The notes: a model not told the origin generated them from the letters alone. Shown: positions 9,801-17,741, numbered from the stretch's first letter. The stretch: 64,000 bases of DNA from Thermoplasmata archaeon (GCA_034667725.1 JAXDQS010000001.1:96001-160000); one strand, 5' to 3'. Program-made: numbers and translations.

Positions 9801-11029
9801 TGGAGGACCAAGGCGAGGCCCGCGTCGAGGTCCGCCTGTCCGCCGTCAGCGGCCGCAACGTCACCGTCCAAGTGGCCCGCGTCGGCGGCACCGCGCTGGC
9901 CGGCACCGACCACGGCTTCGCCGGCGCCACCCTCACCATCCCCGCCGGGCAGCGCAACGCGACCTTCGCGATCCCCATCACCGCGGACACCGAGCCGGAG
10001 CCCGACGAATCCATCCTGATCGCCCTGGAATCTCCCGTCCACGCGACCCTCGGCGCCGCGGCGGCCACGCACTGGATCGACACCGACGACCTGCCCGGCA
10101 TCACCGTCACCGGCCTGGCCTCGGTGCGCGAGGGCGGCAACGCCACCACCCTCATGGTCCGCCTCCCCGCCGCCCCCGCCGGCACGGTCACCATCCGCGT
10201 CCAGCTGGCCGAGCACTGGCAGCTCTCCGCCGGCCCGGTCCTGCTCACCTTCACGCCGGCGGACTGGAGCACGCCCCAACCCGTCACCCTGGTCGCGGTC
10301 GAGGACCTCAGCCCCGACGGCGACACCACCGTCGTGGTCGTGTTCGAGGTCGTGCCCGGCCTCACCAGCCCCGAGTACCGCCGCGCCGGCAGCACCGCCG
10401 TCCCCGTCGCCGTCCTCGACCGCCTCAACTCGCCCGGCCTCGGCGCCGGCCCGCCGGTGGCCAGCATCTTCTCCGGCGGCGGCAGCGACACCCCGACCGT
10501 GATCCGCAAGCCCGCGCCGCCGCCGGTGCGGCCGCCGCCGCGCGGCACCGTCGTGCTGGAGCGCGAGGCCGTCGCCGACCACGACATCACCGACCGCCTC
10601 GAGTTCCGCGCCGACGGCGGCCCGGTGCTGGAGTGGTCCGCCTACCAAGGCGCCGTCGGCTACCAGGTCTGGCGCGACACCGGCCGCGGCTGGGAGCTCT
10701 TGGCCACGACCTCGGGCAACCGCATCGACGCGGGCGACCTGGTGCGCCCCGGCGACCGCGTCAAGCTCACCTTCCACGTCGGGTTCGGCGCCGCGGACGG
10801 CCTCGTGGCGGACGGCGTCGCCGCGGCGGAATTGCGGGGCTGGGACGACGGCGAGGCGCTCACGGTCCCGGACTACATGCCGGGCGAGCGCGGCCACGAC
10901 GCCGCCCGCCACTTGGGCGAGGACGCCTTCCAGTGGGGCCTGCTGCTGCTCCTGCTCCTGGCCATCCTGGTGGTGGCGGGGCTGGAGTGGCGCCGCCGCA
11001 GCCGCAAGGGCTCCAGGAAAGCGGCGTAA
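857..11029 (+). CDS. Giant (~3,390 aa) cell-surface adhesin with Calx-beta domains and ~22 Ca-binding Ig/cadherin-like repeats, C-terminal TM anchor
   Basis: Signal peptide (LVAGILVVALLAGLPLAAPPAEA); Calx-beta motifs (GTA..G.DY, I.DD...E.DE); recurring LTFTPADW..PQTV.V.AVDD units of ~110 aa; ends GLLLLLLLAILVVAGLEWRRRSRKGSRKAA. Start uncertain (GTG 857 vs 821). Confidence 0.85.
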   Translation: MKPRRVPTSPAEATAAGRSPRRKPGPALVAGILVVALLAGLPLAAPPAEAHVARVGQTTAGGTTDATSFLMAHATPAGSHRVLVAVIHHLDQTGPAIGAQASARYGTLDLTCPPEARSEGAFVDGRRLLVATQVCYLVNPPVGTANLLAMWDQPVASYVVTAASFENAEPGPPGMPSVGAMGQANAVSADPELPLVTDQDDSLIVGGANAKSVEPVKFVALAGTTTIPGSAASASPTPGALDDLRVVSGQRQTAAAGSYLLGWDLQLDPSGAPSTPRDIAIAAIELHTHPDALWDGTSATQGTEAVAAPRVSVALEHRFGAPLKVGFAATGGTAIQGADYSFTGGPCTAAAPCELSVPAGSLSADIPLAIVDDRLFEADETIEITLSSVAGSHVVAPTTWTYTILDDDVDVAFRVAAGNGTETLRFPTVAVDLSRSWTVPILVTYSVKDGRASKPSDYLLANGVLTFPAGNRTQTIPLEIVNDLRDEDPENFTIKLEGATPANANVASPSVFDYTILDDDPEPALTITAVSPVGENAGPAIATVTLSQDSGKNVTVRYTATDGTATGGGVDYTLASGTLRFVPGEISKAIAVALTNDAIDEDDENLTVSLSSPANATLAGSAATIVIDSEDQAGIVLSRTSLAVAEPEPGVPAAPDGYTVRLATQPTEPVRITLTTLGNDATPTVVTLDFTPANWNVPQTVQVVAVDDFIDEADPHNDTLRHAATGDPRYAILAPVDLPVVVDDNDNASVRLSRSALEVSEDGLDDAFTVVLTSQPEGPVTVTVRVFDGQVTADNGSGPGGTVVLGFTPADWMLAQTVLVRAVDDARNETDVHLSSLNFTAASSDPLYHAWPIADLPVQVHDDDEVGVDYSATLLALAEDGTPTATYSVALRSEPAAPVTIWIDVEGGQAEANRTSLVFTPTDWNVPQVVAVQALDDAVDEDDPHADRVLHVATSLDPDYDIPAARAVDLRIADNDQAGILLDPITLAMAEDAAPATHTVRLATQPTAPVTVTVTAEPGLTAAAVLTFTPADWDQPQPVDVQPVDDDRATGDRTLVVTHAATSDDPFYAGRLALLPVDVAEDDAVGVVVLAPALGVTEGGAATSYGVRLASEPAASVTVTVVPDDDPATYLRAERAGSPTLTFTPADWAVPQFVTVWAPDDDVANGAPTTHADLLRHLVASSDLAYDGLPAADVNVTIEDLDQPGVVLAPAGLVAGEDGTTATLQVRLLSEPKAAVTVRLSALGRALLGDDAVTFTPATWRDAIEVQLTVADDAIDQAPRGPSDEADVISATVESTDLAYAGFLPDDLAITLRDDDTSGLVVSRVVIPLAEGGAADTFSIRLATEPTSDVAVSLDVPGDATASPLTLAFTPADWSDPRTVTVAAVDDAVDEDAEAVPLTATAAAADPLYDGLAAGVTLNIADDDTAGLRVAPASVAVTEGEAGVLVRYTLGSEPESTVTVTLAPGARVGVAPAVLTFDASNWQTGLEALVTAPDDDRIRSSPFDSLVTATVAAADPRYAALAPLELPVTVTEDDTAALLLTQTGGRTTATENSTAYDMYTLALQTIPDADVAVDILADAEVEVSLDGTAWASSLALTFDSMAPQTVYVRAVDDADAEGSHTGALLHTLSTTDPNYALAPRGLAVVITDDDAPGIDIQEIDGATEVAEAGTTTDAYTVALTTRPTDDVTIAITPALAGQLDIWPPFLTFTPADWRTPQTVAVTALQDLVDEAEAPLALHHGASSNDAGYDGLAGNDVDVTILDDDEAGIEMAAALSVVEGGTVLHRVRLASEPTASVSVTFTSGPEAAVPPTALVFTAGDWSIWQEVAVAGRPDDIDDGDATATLTATASSADAAYEGLQATTTVTVLDDDEAGVQVSPSGTALVAEGGAGTTLSIVLGTRPSSAVRITIATNGQATATASITFGVGTWNVPQTITINAAADNVAEGLHADALRFTVASNDGLYDGFTLADVPIAITDDDVAALLLEPVAGGATVAEGGATDTYRVRLGSQPAAAVTVSFSPDAQLAGLPASVIIPPASWSTGALVTVGAAQDLRVEGNHTGIVGHATASGDPNYAGLAASLTVAVQDDDAAGLLVAETGADTRAVEGGASDTIELRLASEHDAAVTVTIAGGPQVALVPGTVTFAAGDLGPKTIQVAAVDDPDREGPHGASLSFTLTGDALYAGLAAPELAVVLQDNDVPGVQVAPTALALAEAGATAGSYTVVLDTRPSGTVQVDVLPDVAGQVVVSPGVLVFTVSDWNVPRTVTVTAVDDPDAEGPHGLAIDHAPRTTDADYRLFPIPQVGVALADNDEPALLLGPAPSLVEGGATGSFTVRLATRPASDTLLGITLGGVTAVPGDLVFTRANWDTPRTVTLTAIDDPDFEGPHAGLVRYTAVGDARYAGLVAELAPAITDNDVPALVGTPVPLVVGEAGGNDTIQFRLGSRPRAAVDVALTGSQVVSGTAALRFLPTNWDQPQAVAVAAVDDGDVEGTPHAGLLTAALSSTDPAYGFTATFAAQVTDNDAPGLEFLETDRATEVAEDGATDTYGVRLAAAPTAEVVVVVAGDAQATAAPATLRFTPSDWQVAQDVTVSAVDDAVQEAPSHLAFLTHTVTAGDAGYLALAARVLPATVRDDDVAAVRVVEPGGSTNVLEDGATDSYTIALASQPTAAVTVRVFGDAQAGASPAVLTFTAADWSVPQTVTVSARHDDIVEGDHAGRLFHTVASADGFYDGLPAADVLAGITDDDAPGVFLAETGSATAVAEDGATTDSYTVVLTKAPVADVVATMALDAAQATVAPATLRFTAANWDQPQAVTVTAVDDDRADGDGPFPLTHALTGDAAYAGLPVRALAVAVADDDTVGLVVVEGPLGTIADEGGAGGRYHLRLTSRPAADVVVTITGDAQATATATVRIRAADWDLLHPVDVAAVNDALDEEDLHPALLMQRITSADPAYGLPDLPVPVLVRDDDAMPTIGFVRAATESLEDQGEARVEVRLSAVSGRNVTVQVARVGGTALAGTDHGFAGATLTIPAGQRNATFAIPITADTEPEPDESILIALESPVHATLGAAAATHWIDTDDLPGITVTGLASVREGGNATTLMVRLPAAPAGTVTIRVQLAEHWQLSAGPVLLTFTPADWSTPQPVTLVAVEDLSPDGDTTVVVVFEVVPGLTSPEYRRAGSTAVPVAVLDRLNSPGLGAGPPVASIFSGGGSDTPTVIRKPAPPPVRPPPRGTVVLEREAVADHDITDRLEFRADGGPVLEWSAYQGAVGYQVWRDTGRGWELLATTSGNRIDAGDLVRPGDRVKLTFHVGFGAADGLVADGVAAAELRGWDDGEALTVPDYMPGERGHDAARHLGEDAFQWGLLLLLLLAILVVAGLEWRRRSRKGSRKAA

Positions 11030-11061
11030 ACCCGAAGAACCCGGCGGCTCGTGCCGGCGCC

Positions 11062-11658
11062 ATGGACCGCTCCTTCGTCACCGTGCGGTTCATGGGGGCC
11101 GGCATGGCGTTCGCCGAGCACACCCGCCGCCATCCAGGCTCGTGCGTGGACGGCATCGTCGAGTCGTACGCCGACGGGCCGGACGGGCTGCGCATCGCCT
11201 CCCTCGTGCATGTCCGCGGCATGCCGCCGGCCGGCTTCGAGGCGCTGCGCGCCGACCTCGCCGCCCGCTACGGCGACGCCAAGGTCGTGACGGCGGACCC
11301 CCAGCACTGCAGCTGGCTGGTCCGCTGCACCATCCACGGCAACGACTTGCCGCCGCTGGCGCGCTTCCTCGCCAAGTTCCAGCAGTCGTTCTGCGTCCCG
11401 TGGACCCACGTCGAGGGCGGCCGGGTGCTGATGCGCGCCGAGGCGCGCGGCGAGGACGGCGGCCAAGAGGAGGCCGGCCGCATCCGGGCGTTCTTCGAGG
11501 ACCAAGGCATCGAGGGCTCGGTCGAGTGCGGCCAGGTCGGCGGCGAGGAGATGGGGAGCTGGCTGCTGCTGCGCGCCTTGGTCGAGGCGTCCGGGCGCGG
11601 CGACCAGGACGCCCAGCCCGCCTGGCAACGGCTTGGACGGGTGCGCGAGCTCCCCTGA
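11062..11658 (+). CDS. Hypothetical cytoplasmic protein (198 aa)
   Basis: Host-like GC3 bias from ATG 11062; no motif recognised. Confidence 0.6.
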   Translation: MDRSFVTVRFMGAGMAFAEHTRRHPGSCVDGIVESYADGPDGLRIASLVHVRGMPPAGFEALRADLAARYGDAKVVTADPQHCSWLVRCTIHGNDLPPLARFLAKFQQSFCVPWTHVEGGRVLMRAEARGEDGGQEEAGRIRAFFEDQGIEGSVECGQVGGEEMGSWLLLRALVEASGRGDQDAQPAWQRLGRVRELP

Positions 11659-11707
11659 ACCGACCCCAAGCGCCAAATCCGGGGTCCTCGTCGGCACCGT
11701 CGTGTAC

Positions 11708-11854
11708 ATGGACGTGGACTGCCCGAAGTGCAACGTCGTGACCACCCACGACGTGCCGGCGCGCCAAGCGGGCAGGACCGACTACCCGGTCTCGTGCCCC
11801 GCCTGCGACGCCCGCTTCGAGCTCTGGCTAGACCCGCAGTGGTTCATGCAGTAG
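11708..11854 (+). CDS. Small zinc-ribbon protein (CPKC...CPAC), 48 aa
   Basis: MDVDCPKCNVVTTHD...VSCPACDARFELW; two CxxC pairs typical of archaeal CPxC microproteins. Confidence 0.65.
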   Translation: MDVDCPKCNVVTTHDVPARQAGRTDYPVSCPACDARFELWLDPQWFMQ

Positions 11855-11901
11855 CCCGCTTCGGCCAGAACGGCCAAGCCGGGTTTCCGGGTTGGGGGCC
11901 C

Positions 11902-12690
11902 ATGCGCGTCGCCTCCGCCGCCCTCCTCCTGGCCGCCTGCGCCCTCCTGCCCGCCACCGACGGCACGGTCTGCACCAGCCCCGCCGACTGCAGGTTCTGG
12001 GACGGCGACTACCACCAGGAAATCATGTACGAGGTCGACACCGCCCAAGTGGACGTCCTGGTGGCGGGAGTCCAGGACCTGGCCACCATCCGGCTTGCCC
12101 TCGACTCGTGGGAGGCCGGCATCCGGTCCTTCGCGAGCCCCCTCCTCAACGCCGGCTTCGACCTGCGCCCCCGCCTGGCCACCGACCCGCCGGCGGCGTC
12201 CGACCCGGAGATCCTGGTGCTGGAAGGCGCCGTCAACCCCGTGCTGCTGTTCGGCATCGGGCTCCAGACGCCGCTCGGGCCCTGCCTTGCCCAAGATGGC
12301 GCCCACTCCCACGACGGCTCCTCCTGGATGGCGGTCCAAGCCACCTGCGACTTTGGCGGCAAGGTGTGCCTCGTCGTGTCCACCAACTTCCTGCTCGGGG
12401 GCGCCATCGTCACCCACGACCTGTTCAGCCATGAGCTGGGCCACTGCCTCGGCCTTGGCGAGGTCGGCGGCGAGTCCGGCTTCCACGCCCGCACGGTCCC
12501 GCTCAACGACATCATGGCGGGCCCCCGCTCCAGCCCGGCCCACGTGGCCTGCGTCAGCAACCTCAACGTCCTCGGCCTGGAGGCCATCTACGCCAAGGAG
12601 GTCGGCAACCCCGGCGCGTGGCTGCCCGCCGGGAGCTTCGTCAGCATGCCGCCGTCGGCCTACCGGCAATACGCCTGCCCGAACCCGTAG
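11902..12690 (+). CDS. Secreted metzincin-like zinc metalloprotease
   Basis: Signal peptide; HELGHCLGLGE zinc motif followed by Met-turn-like NDIMA. Confidence 0.7.
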   Translation: MRVASAALLLAACALLPATDGTVCTSPADCRFWDGDYHQEIMYEVDTAQVDVLVAGVQDLATIRLALDSWEAGIRSFASPLLNAGFDLRPRLATDPPAASDPEILVLEGAVNPVLLFGIGLQTPLGPCLAQDGAHSHDGSSWMAVQATCDFGGKVCLVVSTNFLLGGAIVTHDLFSHELGHCLGLGEVGGESGFHARTVPLNDIMAGPRSSPAHVACVSNLNVLGLEAIYAKEVGNPGAWLPAGSFVSMPPSAYRQYACPNP

Positions 12691-12691
12691 C

Positions 12692-13699
12692 CTACCAGCC
12701 GCGCTCGGCCAGCCGGACCTGGAGCTCGCCGACGCTGCGGCCCACCATGGGCTCGCCGAGCTGCTTCGAGATTTCCCCGACGCGGGCCGCGTCCTCGAAG
12801 TGGGTGGTCGCCTCGACGATGGCGCGGGCGCGCCGGGCCGGGTCGCCAGACTTGAAGATGCCCGAGCCGACGAACACGCCGTCCGAGCCCATCTGCATCA
12901 TGAGCGCCGCGTCGGCGGGGGTCGCGATGCCGCCCGCCGTGAAGTCCACGACCGGGAGGCGGCCGTCGCGCCGGATGTCCTCCAAGACGCCGCGGACGCT
13001 GGTGGCCAGGCTGACGAACTCGCGGCCGGCGAACGCCGCGTCCAGGTCGGCCTCCGCGATGTCCATGTCGGCCAGCACGTGCTGGTTGAGCTGCTCGTAG
13101 CGCGCCACGAACGCCCCGGCCAAGGAGTCGAGGTCGTCGTCCTCCATCTCCTGCACCACCTGGATGCCGCGCGCCATCATGCGGCGGTGGCGGACGGCCT
13201 CCTGGACATCGCCGGTGCCCGCCTCGCCCTTGGTGCGGATCATGGCGGCCCCCTCCGCGACGCGTCGCACCGCCTCGCCGAGCTTGGTGGCGCCGCACAC
13301 GAACGGCACCGTGAACTGGGACTTGTCGACGTGGAAGTACGGGTCGGCCGGGGTCAGCACCTCGGACTCGTCGATCATGTCGACGCCGAGCGCCTCCAGG
13401 ACGCGCGCCTCGGCGGAGTGCCCGATGCGGCACTTGGCCATGACGGGGATGGAGACCTCGTCGATGATGGCCACGATCATCGAGGGGTCGCTCATGCGCG
13501 ACACGCCGCCCTCGGCGCGGATGTCCGCGGGCACGCGCTCGAGCGCCATGACGGCCACGGCGCCCGCCTCCTCCGCGATGCGCGCCTGCGCGGGCGTGGT
13601 GACGTCCATGACGACCCCGCCCTTCTGCATCTTGGCGAAGCCGCGCTTGACGAGCTCCGTGCCCCAGCGCAGCGACCCAAGGTCGACCTCGCGGCTCAT
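12692..13699 (-). CDS. pdxS: Pyridoxal 5'-phosphate synthase lyase subunit PdxS
   Basis: [68 protein letters not shown]. Confidence 0.97.
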   Translation of the reverse strand: MSREVDLGSLRWGTELVKRGFAKMQKGGVVMDVTTPAQARIAEEAGAVAVMALERVPADIRAEGGVSRMSDPSMIVAIIDEVSIPVMAKCRIGHSAEARVLEALGVDMIDESEVLTPADPYFHVDKSQFTVPFVCGATKLGEAVRRVAEGAAMIRTKGEAGTGDVQEAVRHRRMMARGIQVVQEMEDDDLDSLAGAFVARYEQLNQHVLADMDIAEADLDAAFAGREFVSLATSVRGVLEDIRRDGRLPVVDFTAGGIATPADAALMMQMGSDGVFVGSGIFKSGDPARRARAIVEATTHFEDAARVGEISKQLGEPMVGRSVGELQVRLAERGW

Positions 13700-13765
13700 T
13701 GGGCGGGCCAGGGGCTCCGCGACTTGAACGTATGGCCGCGGCCCCGACAGGAGGACTCCGAGAAC

Positions 13766-13797
13766 AGGGGAAGAAGGGAGAGAAAGATGGAGGAGGT
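13766..13797 (-). terminator. Polypyrimidine tract (minus strand) after the Lys-rich peptide gene
   Basis: Purine-only run on the + strand downstream of the stop at 13825. Confidence 0.45.
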
Positions 13798-13824
13798 GAG
13801 AATGCGTCCGAAGACTGCGAAGCC

Positions 13825-13929
13825 TTACTTCTTCGCGGTCTTCTTGGACGTCTTCTTCGCCGCCTTCTTCGTGGTCTTCTTCGTCGTAGACTTCTTGGCG
13901 GTCTTCTTCGCAGCCTTCTTGGTCACCAT
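13825..13929 (-). CDS. 34-aa lysine-rich histone-H1-like peptide (not in ORF track)
   Basis: [34 protein letters not shown]; all Lys are AAG; SD-like GGGGGTGA 8 nt before ATG; TATA-like GGCTTATT further upstream. Confidence 0.8.
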   Translation of the reverse strand: MVTKKAAKKTAKKSTTKKTTKKAAKKTSKKTAKK

Positions 13930-14245
13930 GAGTGCAGTCACCCCCTGTCCACTAACTCGTGGTGCTTCGAATAAGCCTTCCTAAACGCATCTTGCAACAG
14001 CCGCGCGACGGGCGCCGCGTTCGTTTGTGCGCGTGACAGGGATCAAAATCGGGCGGCTCCGACTGCCATCCTCAAGTCCTGCGCGGCCTTGCAAGGCGTG
14101 CCCGCGATGACGATGTTATCCCAGGGAGAGGGCTTGATATCCCCAGAGTGATCGGAAGCTCAACGCGGAGCGGGCAACGGGAGGGCAAGGGCGCGCGCAT
14201 GGCCGCCGCAATCGCGGTTTTCAACCCGGCCTTGCTGGCGCGCGC

Positions 14246-15907
14246 ATGGGCAAGCTGGTGCTGGACCCGGTCGTGCGGGGCGAGGACGGCAAGGCTGCGA
14301 AGGCCATCGCGGAGCGCATCAACCGCTTCCAGAACAAGAACACCTGGTGGCGCCACGGCCAGAACGGCACGATGGCGGAGTTCGACGCCGCGTTCGAGGC
14401 CGCGATGGCGCGCGTGCGGGGCCAGCTCGGCCGCACCTACCCGCTCGTGATCGACGGGCGCGAGGTCGCCACCGCGACGACGTTCGAGACCACGAGCCCC
14501 GCCGACGGCAGCCTGGTCGTCGGCCGTTGGGCGGCGGGCACGAAGGCGCACGCGCAGGAGGCGATCCGCGCCGCGAAGAAGGGCTGGCGGGCCTGGGCCG
14601 AGCTGCCGTGGCAGGAGCGCGCCGCCATCCTGGAGAAGGCCGCCGACCTGTTCACCACGCACTTCTACGACCTGTGCGCCGTCATGTGCATCGAGGCCGG
14701 CAAGACCCGCTTCGAGGCCTCCATCGACGTCGACGAGGCCGTGGACTTCCTGCGCTACTACGCGCTCACGATGCGGGAGATGGACGGCTTCGACGTCGCG
14801 ATGGGCAAGCCGTTCCCGAACGAGGAGTGCCGCAGCGCCCGCAAGCCCTGGGGCGTGTTCGCGGTCGTCTGCCCGTTCAACTTCCCGGTCGCGATCACCG
14901 CCGGCATGGCGTCGGCGGCGCTGGTCACGGGCAACACCATCGTCCTCAAGCCGAGCGGCAAGGGCTGCCTGTCGGGCTGGTGGGTGTTCGACCTGCTGCG
15001 CCGCGCCGGCGTCCCCACCGGGGCCATGCACTTCCTGACCGCGGGCGACCACGGCGTCAGCTCCGAGCTCTTGGAGTCCCCCGAGGTCGATGGCCTCGTG
15101 TTCACGGGCTCGAAGCGGGTAGGCATGGGCGCCTGGCAGAAGGCGGCCGCGCACGGCAGGCCTAAGCCCCTCATCGCCGAGATGGGCGGCAAGAACGCCA
15201 TCGTGGTCTCCGCCAAGGCCGACCTCGACAAGGCCGTACAGGGCGTGTTCCGCAGCGCCTTCGGGTTCTCGGGCCAAAAGTGCTCGGCGTGCAGCCGGGT
15301 CTACGTGGACCGCAAGGTCGCGCCCGAGTTCCTGGAGCGCCTCGCCAAGCTCACCCAGGCCGCCCGCGTCGGGTTGCCGTGGGACAAGGAGACCTTCATG
15401 GGCCCCGTCATCGAGCCCGCCAAGCTGAAGCTGGTGGCGGAGCTGGCGGCGGAGACGCAGCGCCACGGCGGCAAGGTCGTGGCCGGCGGCAAGCCCGTCG
15501 CGAAGGACGCTGACGGCAAGCCGCTGGCGGGCAACTACATGGCGCCCACCATCGTCGCCGGCCTCAGCCCCGACCACCGCGTGTTCTCCGAGGAGTTCTT
15601 CATGCCGTTCGTCGCGGTCGCCGAAGTGGACTCGTTCGAGGAGGGCATCCGCCACGCCAACAACGTCGAGTACGGGCTCACGGCCGGCTGCTTCACCGAG
15701 GACAAGGCCGAGGCGGAGCTGTTCTTCCGCCGCATCGAGGCGGGCGTCACCTACCTCAACCGCGCCGCGGGCGGCTCGACGGCCGCCGTCGTCAACGGCC
15801 AGGCCTTCGGCGGCTGGAAGAACTCGGGCACCACCGGCACCGGCGCCGGCGGCCGCTACTACCTCCTGCAGTTCACCCGCGAGCAGGCCCAGACGCGGGT
15901 CCAGTAG
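14246..15907 (+). CDS. rocA: Aldehyde dehydrogenase, delta-1-pyrroline-5-carboxylate dehydrogenase (RocA/PruA) type
   Basis: PFNFP, FTGS, EMGGKN, GQKCSACSR (catalytic Cys), EEFFMP, YGLTAG, FGGWKNSG...GG.YYLLQF. Confidence 0.85.
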   Translation: MGKLVLDPVVRGEDGKAAKAIAERINRFQNKNTWWRHGQNGTMAEFDAAFEAAMARVRGQLGRTYPLVIDGREVATATTFETTSPADGSLVVGRWAAGTKAHAQEAIRAAKKGWRAWAELPWQERAAILEKAADLFTTHFYDLCAVMCIEAGKTRFEASIDVDEAVDFLRYYALTMREMDGFDVAMGKPFPNEECRSARKPWGVFAVVCPFNFPVAITAGMASAALVTGNTIVLKPSGKGCLSGWWVFDLLRRAGVPTGAMHFLTAGDHGVSSELLESPEVDGLVFTGSKRVGMGAWQKAAAHGRPKPLIAEMGGKNAIVVSAKADLDKAVQGVFRSAFGFSGQKCSACSRVYVDRKVAPEFLERLAKLTQAARVGLPWDKETFMGPVIEPAKLKLVAELAAETQRHGGKVVAGGKPVAKDADGKPLAGNYMAPTIVAGLSPDHRVFSEEFFMPFVAVAEVDSFEEGIRHANNVEYGLTAGCFTEDKAEAELFFRRIEAGVTYLNRAAGGSTAAVVNGQAFGGWKNSGTTGTGAGGRYYLLQFTREQAQTRVQ

Positions 15908-15915
15908 GCGCCTGG

Positions 15916-16269
15916 ATGGACTGGCGTGCGGTCGTGCTGGTGGCGGCGGGCGGGGCGGCCGGGGCCGTGGCGCGCTTCGGCGTCTCGACCCTGCTTGCGA
16001 CCAAGGGCTTCCCGTGGGCGACCCTCGCGGTCAACCTCGCCGGCTGCCTTGCCATCGGAGTGCTGATGCAGCCGGGCCAGCCCGGGCACGCCACCCGGCT
16101 CTGGGCCGTCGTCGGCTTCCTCGGCGCCTTCACGACCCTGAGCACCTACGGCTTCGAGACGTTCGACCTGTGGCGCGCCGGCCACCGCGGGCTCGCCGTC
16201 GGCAACATGCTCGCCAACGGCCTCGGCGGCCCGCTGCTGGCGGCCGTGGGTTGGCGGCTCGCCCGCTAG
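15916..16269 (+). CDS. crcB: Fluoride efflux channel CrcB/FluC
   Basis: GGAAGAVARF, PWATLAVN, GFLGAFTTLS motifs; 4 TM segments. Confidence 0.92.
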   Translation: MDWRAVVLVAAGGAAGAVARFGVSTLLATKGFPWATLAVNLAGCLAIGVLMQPGQPGHATRLWAVVGFLGAFTTLSTYGFETFDLWRAGHRGLAVGNMLANGLGGPLLAAVGWRLAR

Positions 16270-17741
16270 AACCCGAACAGCCCCTTCTGGCCGACGCCCG
16301 GCTTGGGGCGCGCCGGCTTCTCCTCGGCCGGCGCCTCGCCGTCCTCCGCCGGCCGCGGCTTCGCGCGCGGCTTCGGCTTGGCGGCCTCGTCGTCCGGCTT
16401 GGGCGGGTTGAGCCGTGCCTCGACGTCGGCGCGGATGCGCTTGATCGCGGCACCGGTGGCGTCCGGCCCCAGCAGGACGGCGACCTCGTCGTCGCTCATC
16501 TCCAGCTCCATCGTGGTCTGCACGGCGAAGGCGTGGTCGAGGCGGAACAGCTGCGCCACCGTCTCCACCATCTCCATGCGGGCCTTGCGGCGGCTGGTGT
16601 GGGTGTGGCGCCCGAGGTGCTCCGCAAGCTGGTCCTTGATCTGCCGACTGCCCTTGGTGCGGCTCATCTTGCTGAGCCACTGGGGGAACCCGAACGGCAC
16701 GAACTCCTTGTACTCGTGGCGGCGCGCAGTCATGACGCCCAAGGTCGAAAGCTCCCCCGCGTAGGCCCACAAGCCGTAGTCCTGCGTCGACTTGGTGCGG
16801 CCAAGGAACACGTCGGCGCGGGCCAGCATCTCGTAGCCGGCCACCAGGTCGCGCGGGTCGCGGTACTCCTTCGGCAGGTTCTCGTCCACCCACAGCACGA
16901 GGTCCTCCGGCGTTGCGTCCACCGAGTAGATCTCCGACTTGACGTCCGCGACGGCGCGGCCCTTCAGCACGTGGCGCATCAGGTCAAACAGCGAGGTCTC
17001 GGTGTCGCGGCGGCCTAGGCTCTGCGCCTCCAGCATCGTGACCCGGGTGCGCCCCAGCGAGATCGACTCCAGGTCGCGCACGGCGGCGCGCAGGTCGCCC
17101 TCGGCCCGCACCGCGATGTGCTCCAACACCTCGCGGTCCACCTGAAGGCCCTCCAGCGTCGCGATGCGGGCCAGCGCCGTCGGGATGCTGCGGACGTTGA
17201 CCTTCGCGAACTTCAGCACCTCGGTGAGCCCGCGCAGCGCCGACCCCGACCCCTTCTCCAACGCGTACAGGTCGTTGACGATGAGGATGATGGGCTGCCG
17301 GGTCTGGCGGATGGTCTCGATGATGGCCGACTTGCCGCCGCGGTCGGAGAAGCTGCTGCCGTCCTCGCCCGAGTCGCTGCCCGCGCGCTCGTAGAGGTTG
17401 TCCGCCTCGTCCAACACGATGAGCTTGCGGCCGCCCGTGCTGAACGAGCCGTCGGAGCCGAACGTCTGGTGGACCGCGCCCGCCGTCGCGATGCGCTGGA
17501 TCGTGCCCGCGTTGCGCGCGTCCGAGGCGTTGAGCTCGATGACGCTCCAGCCCATGTCGTTGGCGAGCGCCAGCGCCGTGCTGGTCTTGCCCGTCCCCGG
17601 GCTGCCGGCGAGCACGATGGCGCGCTTGTCCGGGATGCCCGTGGCCCACGCCTCGGCCCACGCGCGCAGGCGGGCCACCGTGGGGCCGTTGCCGACCACC
17701 TCCTTCAGGGAGCGCGGCCGGTGCTTCTCCGTCCAGTCCAA
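16266..17741 (-). CDS. rfcL: Replication factor C large subunit
   Basis: WTEKHRP, Walker A GSPGTGKT, ELNASD, Walker B LDEAD, GDLRAA, C-terminal PIP box QKGLFGF. Confidence 0.95.
   Translation of the reverse strand: MDWTEKHRPRSLKEVVGNGPTVARLRAWAEAWATGIPDKRAIVLAGSPGTGKTSTALALANDMGWSVIELNASDARNAGTIQRIATAGAVHQTFGSDGSFSTGGRKLIVLDEADNLYERAGSDSGEDGSSFSDRGGKSAIIETIRQTRQPIILIVNDLYALEKGSGSALRGLTEVLKFAKVNVRSIPTALARIATLEGLQVDREVLEHIAVRAEGDLRAAVRDLESISLGRTRVTMLEAQSLGRRDTETSLFDLMRHVLKGRAVADVKSEIYSVDATPEDLVLWVDENLPKEYRDPRDLVAGYEMLARADVFLGRTKSTQDYGLWAYAGELSTLGVMTARRHEYKEFVPFGFPQWLSKMSRTKGSRQIKDQLAEHLGRHTHTSRRKARMEMVETVAQLFRLDHAFAVQTTMELEMSDDEVAVLLGPDATGAAIKRIRADVEARLNPPKPDDEAAKPKPRAKPRPAEDGEAPAEEKPARPKPGVGQKGLFGF

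Noticed and set aside
2750-10400. Repeats as CRISPR array or DNA tandem repeat
   Set aside because: They are diverged in-frame protein domain repeats, not identical repeats with unique spacers
11062-11658. Resemblance to the N-terminal domain of Bat/HTH_10-type archaeal regulators
   Set aside because: No C-terminal HTH and similarity too vague to support by eye
12692-13699. Internal insertion in PdxS and absence of adjacent pdxT
   Set aside because: Longer PdxS variants and unlinked pdxT are known in archaea; not novel
13990-14245. Possible ncRNA or small ORFs between the Lys-rich peptide gene and the aldehyde dehydrogenase
   Set aside because: No recognisable RNA family, strong structure or coding bias; explained as a divergent promoter region
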